DNA from: Anaerolineales bacterium
Lineage (GTDB): Bacteria; Chloroflexota; Anaerolineae; Anaerolineales; E44-bin32
Length of the DNA stretch: 64,000 nt
NCBI GenBank assembly: GCA_034430425.1
Contig: DAOUEK010000017.1
Coordinates: forward strand, 16,827 to 80,826
Reading direction: 5' to 3'
Shown: positions 17,403-26,218 of the stretch, piece by piece
Position numbering within the stretch: the first letter of the stretch is position 1
Layout: each line of letters begins with the position of its first letter
Translations under genes and position numbers: made by a program
The notes under the pieces: model-generated
What the model was told of the DNA's origin: nothing
Databases searched by the model: none
What the model saw: only the letters and a program-made list of their open reading frames with translations

Positions 17403-19184
17403 ATGTACCGCACACATGTTTGTGGAGCCCTGCGGGCAGAAAATATCGGCGAACAGGTCACATTGGCCGGTTGGGTCAATCGACGGCGCGATCATGGGGG
17501 CGTGACCTTTATCGATTTGCGCGACCGTTCGGGGATCGTGCAGGTTGTTGCTCACCCGGAGAAATCCGCCGAGGCGCACAAAGCGGCGGAAGCTCTTCGC
17601 AGTGAATGGGTCATCCAGGTAGAAGGCGTGGTCCAAAAACGCCCCAGGGACATGGAAAATCCCGATCTGGCCACGGGTCAGATCGAAGTGGAAATCGAAG
17701 AGATCAAGGTGCTCAATCCCGCCAACACGCCGCCGTTTCTGATCAACGAAGAAGGGGAGGTCGATGAGATGGTGCGGCTGCAGTACCGCTATCTCGATCT
17801 GCGCCGGCCGCGCATGCAGCGCAACCTTCAGCTGCGGCATGCTGTGGTGAAGTACATTCGAGATTTTCTGGACCTGCGCGGATTCTGGGAGGTCGAGACC
17901 CCGATTCTCTTCAAGACCACACCCGAAGGGGCGCGCGACTATCTGGTTCCCTCTCGCGTCCATCCGGGCGAGTTCTACGCTTTACCCCAATCACCGCAGC
18001 AGCTCAAACAGCTGCTCATGGTCGCGGGTGTGGAGCGCTACTTTCAGATCGCACGTTGTTTTCGGGACGAGGATCAACGCGGCAACCGACAACCGGAATT
18101 CACGCAGCTCGATTTGGAAATGTCTTTCGTCGAGCGTGAGGATGTGATCTCGCTTACCGAGGAGCTTTTCACCTCCATGGTCGAGTCTCTGCTTCCCGAA
18201 AAACACCTGCTGGCCAAGCCCTGGCTGCGTTTGACATATGCGGAAGCGCTCGATCGCTTTGGCCGAGACGCGCCGGACATTCGCTTCGCATTGGAATTGA
18301 AGGACATCACGGACCTGGTTGGTGAATGTGGCTTCCAGGTTTTTGAGAAGACCGTCGCCAAGGGTGGGTCGGTGCGAGGCCTGAATGCCAAAGGATGGGG
18401 TAACTCGAGTCGTAAGGAAATCGACGAGCTGGTGGAATTTGTAAAACCCTTCGGTGCCAGGGGTCTGGCGTATTTGGCGCTAACCGATTCGGGAGAGATG
18501 CGCTCATCATTTGCGAAATTCCTCTCGTCCGAAACACAGACAGCCATTCAAGAACGGCTTGAGGCGCAAGCAGGGGACCTGCTCCTCTTTGTCGCGGATG
18601 AAGCCAAAGTGGTCTTCGAATCGCTCGGGCGGCTGCGCGACCACATTGCTCAAGGATCTGAATTGATCGATCCGGACGTTTTGGGATTCTGCTGGGTGCT
18701 GGATTTCCCCTTCGTCGAATGGAACGAGGACGAGAAACGCTGGGATCCCTGTCACCACCTGTTCACCTCGCCGATGCCGGAAGACATCGAACTGCTTGAC
18801 AAGAATCCCGGGATGGCACGCGGACAGCAATACGACATGGTGCTCAACGGAGTCGAGGTGGGTGGCGGAAGCATCCGAATCCACGATCGTGAACTTCAGG
18901 AGCGGGTATTTTCACTCATCGGGCTGGAAGAAGATGTCGCCCGTGAACGCTTCGGACATATGTTGGAGGCCTTCGAGTTCGGCACACCGCCACACGGCGG
19001 AATTGCACCGGGCATCGATCGCTTGCTGATGATTTTCGCAGGTGAATCCCACATTCGGGAAGTGATCGCTTTCCCGAAAAATCAGGCTGCGCGGGACGTT
19101 ATGGCGAACGCACCTTCGCCGGCAGACCCTGGCCAACTGAAGGAACTGCACATTCAATTGCTGGATGTCGATAAGGATTCGTGA
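17403..19184 (+). CDS. aspS: aspartate--tRNA ligase (bacterial type)
   Basis: MYRTHVCGALRAENIGEQVTLAGWVNRRRDHGGVTFIDLRDRSGIVQVV OB-fold N-terminus. Class II motifs (FRDED, GGGSIRIH, GIDRL). AGGAGG RBS. Confidence 0.97.
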   Translation: MYRTHVCGALRAENIGEQVTLAGWVNRRRDHGGVTFIDLRDRSGIVQVVAHPEKSAEAHKAAEALRSEWVIQVEGVVQKRPRDMENPDLATGQIEVEIEEIKVLNPANTPPFLINEEGEVDEMVRLQYRYLDLRRPRMQRNLQLRHAVVKYIRDFLDLRGFWEVETPILFKTTPEGARDYLVPSRVHPGEFYALPQSPQQLKQLLMVAGVERYFQIARCFRDEDQRGNRQPEFTQLDLEMSFVEREDVISLTEELFTSMVESLLPEKHLLAKPWLRLTYAEALDRFGRDAPDIRFALELKDITDLVGECGFQVFEKTVAKGGSVRGLNAKGWGNSSRKEIDELVEFVKPFGARGLAYLALTDSGEMRSSFAKFLSSETQTAIQERLEAQAGDLLLFVADEAKVVFESLGRLRDHIAQGSELIDPDVLGFCWVLDFPFVEWNEDEKRWDPCHHLFTSPMPEDIELLDKNPGMARGQQYDMVLNGVEVGGGSIRIHDRELQERVFSLIGLEEDVARERFGHMLEAFEFGTPPHGGIAPGIDRLLMIFAGESHIREVIAFPKNQAARDVMANAPSPADPGQLKELHIQLLDVDKDS

Positions 19185-19188
19185 GGCA

Positions 19189-19217
19189 TGGACATTCAGT
19201 AGTGATCGTGGTATATA
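19189..19217 (+). promoter_or_regulatory. candidate promoter (TGGACA - 17 nt - TGgTATATA extended -10)
   Basis: -35 at 19189-19194, starting 5 nt after the aspS stop. -10 at 19212-19217 preceded by TGg. Confidence 0.4.
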
Positions 19218-19223
19218 TTGCAT

Positions 19224-19436
19224 TGCCCTGCTATGATCGTGATGTAGCACGCGTTTTGAGCCAACACTTTATAAACGGGGTTAGATCTTCGCCGGGTGAC
19301 GCGATAGGCTAGAGCCAAGGCGGAGCCCGCGGGTATGACCCCACCTGCGAAAGCAGGTTCAAAACACCGCCACACACGACATGGTGGGGTGTTCCTTTCG
19401 TAGCGATAAGCTGATGCTTATCGCTTTTCTTTTTTA
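19224..19436 (+). ncRNA. candidate small RNA or structured leader (~210 nt), class unknown
   Basis: Bounded by the promoter above and a strong intrinsic terminator. Contains an 8-bp helix 19338-19345/19383-19390 enclosing a GAAA-tetraloop hairpin (19344-19357). A C/A-rich single strand spans 19358-19382. No convincing ORF. Confidence 0.3.
19402..19435 (+). terminator. rho-independent terminator
   Basis: AGCGATAAGC-TGAT-GCTTATCGCT (10-bp perfect stem) followed by TTTCTTTTTT. Confidence 0.85.
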
Positions 19437-19629
19437 CATCCGTCAATAGCGAATGGTTTCAACTGACAGGTGACAGTGATTTAATGATGGCTAAAAGGGC
19501 GGCAGCAGATCAATTCGATGGTTGTGGGTACTGATTTTCGGTCTATGAATTCCATCCCAAACCCCGATTCCTTGCGCGTTGCTGTGAACTCAGGTAGACT
19601 CTTTCTAAATACATGGATATGAGGCTAGT

Positions 19630-20667
19630 ATGGCCGGCGAGCGGGAAGAGGCGCTGGAAGCGGCCGTATCGGATATAACCAAGCGCTTTGGTGATGGGGC
19701 GGTTATGCGCTTGGGAGAAGCCGCACATTTGATAGTCGAAAGTATACCAACAGGATCGTTAGCCCTGGATTTGGCCCTTGGTGTTGGTGGCGTTCCGCGT
19801 GGCCGAGTGACGGAGATTTTCGGCCCTGAATCCTCCGGTAAAACCACCCTATGTCAACATATCGTCGCCGAAGCGCAGCGACGCGGCGGCGTTTGTGCCT
19901 TTGTGGACATGGAACATGCGCTCGATCCGTCCTATGCAGCACGCTGCGGCGTGGATGTGGACAACCTGTATGTCTCGCAGCCGGATATGGGTGAACAGGC
20001 GTTGGAAATCACAGAACGACTCGTACGCAGCGGTGCAGTGGATGTCGTCGTCGTTGATAGCGTTGCTGCACTTGTCCCGCAAGCGGAAATCGAAGGTGAT
20101 ATGGGGGATCCGCACATGGGCATGCAGGCACGTTTGATGAGTCAGGCGTTGCGCAAGCTTAGTGGAGCCATCAAGCAAACGAACACCGTTGTGATCTTCA
20201 CCAACCAATTGAGGCAGAAAATTGGGGTGTATTTTGGCAATCCCGAAACCACGACCGGTGGAAAAGCATTGAAGTTTTACGCTTCGATACGGATCGATAT
20301 CCGTCGTGCGGAAAGCATCAAACTGGGTCAAGAGATTGTCGGGAACCGGGTGCGCGCCCGTGTTGTAAAGAACAAAGTCGCACCACCCTTCAAGGTCGCA
20401 GAATTTGATATTATGTATGAAGAGGGTATATCCAAGGCAGGAGGAATCCTGGATTTGGCCGTTGTTGCAGATCTAATTGAAAAACGTGGGTCGCATTACT
20501 CGTATGGTGACCTGCGTTTGGGACAAGGAAGAGAGAACGCAAAGCAATTTATCAAGGAGAATACTGAGCTGGCACAGGAGTTGGAAGCCAAAATCCGTAG
20601 CGCAGCAGGTTTGGATTCAGCTCCGATAGACTTTGACCGTGCCGAAGATGAACTTCACTCGGAATGA
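19630..20667 (+). CDS. recA: recombinase RecA
   Basis: [24 protein letters not shown] and Walker [11 protein letters not shown]. Full-length RecA collinearity. Confidence 0.98.
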   Translation: MAGEREEALEAAVSDITKRFGDGAVMRLGEAAHLIVESIPTGSLALDLALGVGGVPRGRVTEIFGPESSGKTTLCQHIVAEAQRRGGVCAFVDMEHALDPSYAARCGVDVDNLYVSQPDMGEQALEITERLVRSGAVDVVVVDSVAALVPQAEIEGDMGDPHMGMQARLMSQALRKLSGAIKQTNTVVIFTNQLRQKIGVYFGNPETTTGGKALKFYASIRIDIRRAESIKLGQEIVGNRVRARVVKNKVAPPFKVAEFDIMYEEGISKAGGILDLAVVADLIEKRGSHYSYGDLRLGQGRENAKQFIKENTELAQELEAKIRSAAGLDSAPIDFDRAEDELHSE

Positions 20668-20912
20668 ATTATAATTAGGCTGCGCCAAACCGCATGACTT
20701 GGAAATTCGCGCGGCACTGACAACGAATATGATCTCAGATATGAGACTTGACACCGTCGGGAAGATTTTAAGTTCGCTTGTTTTGTGGCGAAAGGGATTA
20801 ACCAAATTTAATCGGGATTTGATCCTTTAACGTTCGCTGTTTATTCAGGTTGTTCAACCTTTTTGTGAGACGGCGTCGAATCGACATCGAGAGATCGCTA
20901 GGGTTTGTCATT

Positions 20913-20954
20913 AGCCGTGACCCGAGTCAGCGGGTCACGGCTTGTGCTTTTTCT
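20913..20954 (+). terminator. rho-independent terminator downstream of recA
   Basis: AGCCGTGACCC-GAGTCAGC-GGGTCACGGCT (11-bp stem) followed by TGTGCTTTTTCT. Confidence 0.65.
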
Positions 20955-20967
20955 GGAGTTATTGACT

Positions 20968-21615
20968 GTGGGTGTGATTACGGCCTTGAAGAATCAGACG
21001 AAGAATCGCAATCGTGTCAATGTTCATTTGGATGGGATTTATTGCTTTGCCCTCGAGCGCACTTTAGCTGTGGATTTGAAGGTCGGCAAAGAGATTACAA
21101 ATGATGAGATCGAGGCATTGAAGAAGTTAGATGCAGAAGAACGTCTCTATCACCGCGCACAGCGTTTAATCGAGCGAAGACCACGCGCAGCGCGAGAACT
21201 GCAATATCGGTTCGAAAGAGACAAAATAGCGCAAGATGTACAGCAAGCAGTTCTTCGAAGATTGAATGATCGTGGTTTGATCAATGACCATGCTTTTGTC
21301 GAAGCTTGGATCGAGAATCGCCAGGTTTTTCGTCCACGAAGTGCAAGAGCGCTGCGGATGGAGCTGCGCCAAAAGGGTGTCTCGAGTGAGATTATCGAAG
21401 AGCACCTGGCGGATTTCGATGAAGAACAGGCGGCATATGCAGCAGCCCTCAAAGGTGCTCGCCGTTATCGTTTCTTGGATTGGGAAAGCTTCCGGAAACG
21501 ACTGAGCGCTTACCTGCTTCGGCGGGGTTTTGGTCATTCTATCATTTCCTCGGTGGTATCTCGCATCTGGCGTGAGACCGTCGATTGTGAAGCCGAAAGT
21601 GAGGATATAAAGTGA
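20968..21615 (+). CDS. recX: recombination regulator RecX
   Basis: ITALKNQTKNRNRVNVHLDG..., and three-helix repeats (RLNDRGLINDHAFVEAWIENR). GTG 20968 lies 9 nt after GGAG. The track start (20905) would place the terminator hairpin inside the gene. Confidence 0.85.
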   Translation: MGVITALKNQTKNRNRVNVHLDGIYCFALERTLAVDLKVGKEITNDEIEALKKLDAEERLYHRAQRLIERRPRAARELQYRFERDKIAQDVQQAVLRRLNDRGLINDHAFVEAWIENRQVFRPRSARALRMELRQKGVSSEIIEEHLADFDEEQAAYAAALKGARRYRFLDWESFRKRLSAYLLRRGFGHSIISSVVSRIWRETVDCEAESEDIK

Positions 21616-23138
21616 ATACAACGTGGGTAATTGGTGTTGGCGTTGCATTGGCAGCAGGAGTATTGCTGGGTTATGTTCTGCGTCACATGCAGCTGGAAAG
21701 AAGTATAAAAAACCGTCAGGCAGAAGCGGATCGAATTTTGGAGCAAGCACGCGGAAACGCCAAGGATATCGAACTGGCTGCAAAAGATCAGGCTTTGGAA
21801 ATCCGCAACACAGCCGAGGAGGAAGCAAAGGAACGGCGATTGGAGTTGTCAAGAGAGGAAAAGGGTCTCACGCGGCGGCGCGCCAGCATCGATCGGCGTT
21901 TCGAACAGATCGATAAAAGAGAACAAGCTTTGAACAAGCGCCAGAGTACGATCGACAGGCGCACCAATGAGCTCGAACAGCGCTACGCCGAAACCCTCGC
22001 AGAATTGGAGCGAGTTTCCCAAATGACGCAGGAGGAAGCCAAGGAACAACTCTTGGAGGAGGTCGAGCGTGAAGCGCGCGTCGACATGGTCCGTATCATC
22101 CGCCAGATCGAGGAAGAGGCGCAAATGGAAGGTGATCGCCGAGCTCGTGAATTGATCGCTGACGCCATTCAGCGTGTAGCTTCCGATCATGTCTCCGAGA
22201 TTACGGTTTCCGTCGTGCCTTTGCCTTCGGATGACATGAAAGGGCGCATCATCGGGCGTAACGGACGCAATATTCGAGCCTTCGAACAAGCAGCAGGTGT
22301 GGATGTCGTTGTCGATGACACGCCTGAAGCTGTTACGATTTCGTGTTTCGATTCGGTCCGCCGGGAAATCGCCCGTCGGGCGATGGAGAAGTTGGTGCTC
22401 GATGGCCGCATCCACCCCGCACATATCGAGAAGATCGTTCGACAGGTCGGTGAAGAAGTGGATCGAGCGATTGTCGAGGCGGGTGAGGAGGCGAGTTTCG
22501 ATGCCGGTGTGCCGGGTTTACATCCAGAGGTGATCAAGAAATTGGGTCGTTTGAAGTTCCGTACATCATATGGCCAGAATCAACTGGCCCATGCGGTGGA
22601 AACAGCGCAGCTGGCAGGTGTTATTGCTGCTGAACTTGGCGCCAACGTCGATGCGGCAAAGACTGGTGGTTTACTGCACGACTTGGGCAAATCCATGGAT
22701 CATGAAGTGGAAGGCACCCACGCTGCGCTTGGCGCCGAATTTTGCCGCCGTCATAATGTGCCGGAACATGTTGTCAATATGATCGCTGCCCATCACCATG
22801 AAGTCGAACAGGATTCCGTCGAAGCCGTGATCGTCGAGGCTGCGGATGCGATCAGCGGCGCACGACCTGGTGCGCGCAGGGAGAGTCTGGAGCAGTACAT
22901 TAAACGCATTCGCGCTTTGGAGGAAGTAGCCAATTCGTTTGATGGCGTGGAGCAGAGTTATGCTTTGCAGGCCGGGCGTGAAATTCGGGTGATCGTGATA
23001 CCGGAAGATATCGATGATCTCGAAGCGACGAGACTCGCTCGGTCTGTGGCGAAGAAGATTGAAGAGGGTATGCAGTACCCCGGGCAGATAAAAGTCACGG
23101 TGATTCGGGAAACACGGGCTGTCGATTATGCCAAGTAA
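21612..23138 (+). CDS. rny: ribonuclease Y
   Basis: N-terminal TM helix, long coiled coil, KH domain (GRIIGRNGRNIRAFE) and HD domain (LLHDLGK...HH). Confidence 0.95.
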   Translation: MNTTWVIGVGVALAAGVLLGYVLRHMQLERSIKNRQAEADRILEQARGNAKDIELAAKDQALEIRNTAEEEAKERRLELSREEKGLTRRRASIDRRFEQIDKREQALNKRQSTIDRRTNELEQRYAETLAELERVSQMTQEEAKEQLLEEVEREARVDMVRIIRQIEEEAQMEGDRRARELIADAIQRVASDHVSEITVSVVPLPSDDMKGRIIGRNGRNIRAFEQAAGVDVVVDDTPEAVTISCFDSVRREIARRAMEKLVLDGRIHPAHIEKIVRQVGEEVDRAIVEAGEEASFDAGVPGLHPEVIKKLGRLKFRTSYGQNQLAHAVETAQLAGVIAAELGANVDAAKTGGLLHDLGKSMDHEVEGTHAALGAEFCRRHNVPEHVVNMIAAHHHEVEQDSVEAVIVEAADAISGARPGARRESLEQYIKRIRALEEVANSFDGVEQSYALQAGREIRVIVIPEDIDDLEATRLARSVAKKIEEGMQYPGQIKVTVIRETRAVDYAK

Positions 23139-23181
23139 GGTCTGTTAGACGAATACTGCAATGCCCCTATAGAATATTGCA

Positions 23182-23220
23182 GCGACCAGAAGCAATTTTG
23201 GGCTTCTGGTCGCCTTTTTA
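23182..23220 (+). terminator. rho-independent terminator after rny
   Basis: GCGACCAGAAGC-AATTTTGG-GCTTCTGGTCGC (12-bp perfect stem) followed by CTTTTTA. Confidence 0.85.
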
Positions 23221-23240
23221 TGGAATAAAAGGGAATCTCG

Positions 23241-23831
23241 TCAGGTTGTTTCGTCCAACACAGGCACGCCGTAAAGAAACCAATATCGGTCTTCAGGATA
23301 AAGTCTGCGCAGGCATGGATCCCAGATGAATTCCCCTGCTTTGAAATACGTTTGCAGAGATGCGTCGATTAGATGGATGGCCTGGATGGTTGCCTGGGAA
23401 TCGGGTTGGTGCGCGGCCAGATGGGTGATTCGTTCAAAGATCACGCGTTGGCGAACTTCGTATGCATAATTATCGGGACGATCTTCTCTCTCGATGAGTT
23501 CGTTAACATATGCTTTCCAGAGATTTACGCGACTGAGCATCTCGCGCGCCGCTTTTCTTCCTGCAGCTTCTGGCCACTTTTGGAAGACGCGCTGCATTTG
23601 GCGGTCGAGTTTTTGATGTTCGGCTTGTTCCAGTGGAGTCATCCCGGTGCTTTGGGCGTCAAGTTCGTCAAACGCCAGGATCAATCCGCCGGGCGTGAGC
23701 CGCGGCAGTGAGTGCTGGTCCAGTAGGGCGGATGGATCCAATGGCCAGAACAGCTCGTTCGAAAGCAGGTAATCCTCGAACTCCTCAAGCATGACTCGAA
23801 CGAGCTTGAGGTTGTGCTCAGGTGAGTGCAT
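23241..23831 (-). CDS. hypothetical protein (197 aa) co-transcribed with a CheY-like receiver
   Basis: ATG 23831 lies 7 nt after the receiver gene stop. The longer track ORF (to 23975) would overlap that gene. No family recognised. Confidence 0.5.
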   Translation of the reverse strand: MHSPEHNLKLVRVMLEEFEDYLLSNELFWPLDPSALLDQHSLPRLTPGGLILAFDELDAQSTGMTPLEQAEHQKLDRQMQRVFQKWPEAAGRKAAREMLSRVNLWKAYVNELIEREDRPDNYAYEVRQRVIFERITHLAAHQPDSQATIQAIHLIDASLQTYFKAGEFIWDPCLRRLYPEDRYWFLYGVPVLDETT

Positions 23832-23838
23832 CAAGCTA

Positions 23839-24207
23839 CTACTCAATTTTTTTAATGTCTTGGATGATGTCGAGTAATTGGCCGCGGGTGACGGGTTTGA
23901 TGATGTAATTGCGGGCGCCGAGGCGGCATCCGGTTTCCTGGTCTTCCGGACGGTTGCGAGCGGTAAAAATGACAATAGGGGGATAGGGTTGTCCCTCCTC
24001 GTTGAGGCGCTGCATTACGTCGAAACCGGAAACATCGGGCATCATCACGTCCAACAGGATCAAGTCGAACGAACCCTGACGAATGAGGTCGTAACCTGTA
24101 TCGCCGTCCGAAGCCAACTCGACATAATGGCCGGCGGTTTTCAACGTCAGCTCGATGAGTTTTAAAGTGTCTGCATCATCATCAACGACCAGAATTCGGG
24201 CGCCCAT
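23839..24207 (-). CDS. single-domain response regulator (CheY-like receiver)
   Basis: ILVVDDD..., DLILLDVMMPD, ..TARN..., KP. 122 aa with no output domain. Confidence 0.88.
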   Translation of the reverse strand: MGARILVVDDDADTLKLIELTLKTAGHYVELASDGDTGYDLIRQGSFDLILLDVMMPDVSGFDVMQRLNEEGQPYPPIVIFTARNRPEDQETGCRLGARNYIIKPVTRGQLLDIIQDIKKIE

Positions 24208-24243
24208 AAAGGTTTCCTATCTGAATTGGTGCAGGATGCCACC

Positions 24244-24273
24244 ATTGTATACCTGTTCGAACGATTCTGCCAA
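24244..24273 (-). promoter_or_regulatory. candidate promoter of the CheY-like operon (TTGGCA - 18 nt - TACAAT on the minus strand)
   Basis: Reverse complement of 24268-24273 is TTGGCA and of 24244-24249 is TACAAT. Confidence 0.4.
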
Positions 24274-24332
24274 AATGCATACTTGTGAAAAGAGTACGAT
24301 GCTTAGGGGACAGGTCTCGCCCGGTTTGCCCG

Positions 24333-24959
24333 TTAGGCGATGTGGTCATCCTTAATCGAAAGCCCATACCCCTTCAGCTTTTCCGTAAGTTGTGAGGCGT
24401 TCGTGAATGTGATGCCCGCGATGCCTATCGAATTCGCAGTCTGGATGTTCAGCGGATTGCCATCAATCAGTAGACATTCCTCTGGACTGCAGTCGATCAT
24501 CGTCAGGAGCGAGCGGAAAGTATCAGGTTCCCTCTTGATTTTGCCAATCTCGAAGGAGAAGATCTGTGCATCGAAGGCTTCCAGAAAGGAATGGATGGAG
24601 CGAATGTGGTCGACCCATTCCAGCGCATGATCGGACAGGAGGATCAGTTGACATTGCGGTTTTAGCTGCTGCAGGATATCGACCGTTCCCGGTATATGAC
24701 GCCTCAGGTTATTCCGGATCAAAGTCTTCAGTGCATGGATGGGGATATCCCACACCTGCTGTTCACAAATCGTTGTCAGATAACGTTGCTCAGAAATCTT
24801 GCCCCGGCATAAGTTTTCCAACAACTTGCCGCCAATAGCGGATAACACGACCTCTTCCGGGATTTGCAGTTCCTCTGCAAGTGGCCTTTCAATGCCAGTC
24901 AGGCCAGCTAGGAGTACTTCCGACAGATCGAAAATCAGAGTCGTGATCATTGGAACCAT
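24333..24959 (-). CDS. HAD-superfamily hydrolase (subfamily IA-like)
   Basis: N-terminal LIFDLSEVLL (DxS/DxV motif I) and C-terminal LLIDGNPLNI (motif IV-like). Confidence 0.7.
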   Translation of the reverse strand: MVPMITTLIFDLSEVLLAGLTGIERPLAEELQIPEEVVLSAIGGKLLENLCRGKISEQRYLTTICEQQVWDIPIHALKTLIRNNLRRHIPGTVDILQQLKPQCQLILLSDHALEWVDHIRSIHSFLEAFDAQIFSFEIGKIKREPDTFRSLLTMIDCSPEECLLIDGNPLNIQTANSIGIAGITFTNASQLTEKLKGYGLSIKDDHIA

Positions 24960-24976
24960 GCGCAGAGTTTGCTGCT

Positions 24977-26218
24977 TTAGCGCTCAATGGGTAACAGCCG
25001 AAGCGGCTGCTCCATGTACTTGCGGAAGATCTGCAGCCATCGGGCGGCCTCGGCGCCGTCTGTAATCCTGTGATCCGCAGAAAGCGTGCATTGCAGACGA
25101 TACCCGGGGACGATCTTTCCTTCTTCCACGACAGGTTTTTTCTGCACACTGCCAATGGCAAGAATACCGGTTTCCGGCGGGTTGATTATGGCGATGAAGC
25201 GATCGATGCCGAACATTCCCAGGTTGGAGACCGTGAATGTGGAACCTTCGATGTCTTGGGGACGCACTTTGCCATCCCGTATCCTGCTCACCATGGCGCG
25301 GACCTCGGCGGATATCGCTGGAATGGATTTCAGATCGGCGTTATTGACAACTGCGGTCAGCAGGCCGTCTTCCACAGCAACCGCTGCACCTACATTGATA
25401 TCCCCGTGCCGAACGATTACGTTCTTGTCCAACGATGCGTTCAGGTTCGGGAATTCTCGCAGGGCCAGCGCTGTGGCTTTAATAATGAAGTCATTTACCG
25501 ACAATTTATCTTCTTCGGGCAAGATTTCGTTCCATTCCGACCGCATGGCCATCAACGGAGCGGCATCGACGTCGATGGTGAGGTAAAAGTGCGGCAGCTC
25601 TTGTTTGGCAGAGACCATGCGGCGTCCGATAGCGGCGCGCAGTTTGCTGACCGGAATCCGCACAGTTTCACCTGCTGCAGCCCTGGGCATTTGTGCAGGA
25701 TGATCCGAAGAAGCGATGGCATCTTCAACATCTTGTTTTACGATCCGGCCTCCCGGGCCAGTACCGGAAAGGCTGGCAATGTCGATTTTGTGATCCACGG
25801 ACATGCGTCGTGCAATTGGTGAGGCGCGTACGCCGTCAGGAAGTTGACCGTTGCCGCCGGGTTCGGCTTCCCGTTTTTCCGCAACGGGCATTTCTTCCTT
25901 TTTTTCGATCCGGGCTTCATCAACAGGTTTCTCTTGTGGAGCTGTTTTGATAAGCGCATCGGTATCGATTTCTTCGCCAGGTTCTCCGACGACGGCGATC
26001 GGCTCGCCCACAGGTACCGAAGTACCTTCGCTGATGAGATGTTTGTGAACCACGCCGCTTGTCATCGATTCGACTTCAACCGTTGCTTTGTCGGTTTCAA
26101 TCTCGGCGATTACCTGTCCTTTTTCGATGGCGTCGCCTTCCGCTACGACCCAGCGCACCAGAATACCTTCGGCCATATCGAAGCCGAGTTTGGGCATGCT
26201 TACAATTTCAGCCATCAC
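24977..26218 (-). CDS. pdhC: 2-oxoacid dehydrogenase E2 (dihydrolipoamide acyltransferase)
   Basis: Lipoyl domain (IETDKATVEVES), E3/E1-binding domain (ASPIARRMS) and catalytic domain ending in LSADHRITDGAEAARW. Confidence 0.9.
   Translation of the reverse strand: MMAEIVSMPKLGFDMAEGILVRWVVAEGDAIEKGQVIAEIETDKATVEVESMTSGVVHKHLISEGTSVPVGEPIAVVGEPGEEIDTDALIKTAPQEKPVDEARIEKKEEMPVAEKREAEPGGNGQLPDGVRASPIARRMSVDHKIDIASLSGTGPGGRIVKQDVEDAIASSDHPAQMPRAAAGETVRIPVSKLRAAIGRRMVSAKQELPHFYLTIDVDAAPLMAMRSEWNEILPEEDKLSVNDFIIKATALALREFPNLNASLDKNVIVRHGDINVGAAVAVEDGLLTAVVNNADLKSIPAISAEVRAMVSRIRDGKVRPQDIEGSTFTVSNLGMFGIDRFIAIINPPETGILAIGSVQKKPVVEEGKIVPGYRLQCTLSADHRITDGAEAARWLQIFRKYMEQPLRLLPIER

Noticed and set aside
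17187-17963. 258-aa minus-strand ORF covering the aspS leader and the 5' third of aspS
   Set aside because: It is antisense to an unmistakable aspS and has no RBS. Its composition is typical of a shadow ORF in GC-rich DNA, and its N-terminus would run through the promoter and attenuator.
19290-19390. Tried to assign the aspS-recA RNA to SRP RNA, ZTP (pfl), guanidine, c-di-GMP or 6S classes
   Set aside because: Only short chance similarities were found (GCCAAGGCGGA versus SRP; GGGUGAC.GCG and CACCGCC versus ZTP). The diagnostic cores (GGAAGCAGC of SRP, CCGCCUGGGC of ZTP, ACGR loops and so on) are missing. It is left as unclassified.
19437-19629. Searched the recA upstream region for an SOS/Cheo-type LexA box (GAAC-N4-GTTC)
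   Set aside because: No such palindrome is present. The closest match (CGAATGGTTTC) is too short and asymmetric.
20850-21104. 84-aa plus-strand ORF and the 20905 start of the recX track ORF
   Set aside because: Both include the recA terminator hairpin (20913-20954). The RecX homology starts only after GTG 20968, which has a proper GGAG.
21166-22424. 228-aa and 191-aa minus-strand ORFs antisense to recX/rny; also 25070-25822 antisense to E2
   Set aside because: Same reasoning: they lie opposite well-supported genes and carry no independent signals.
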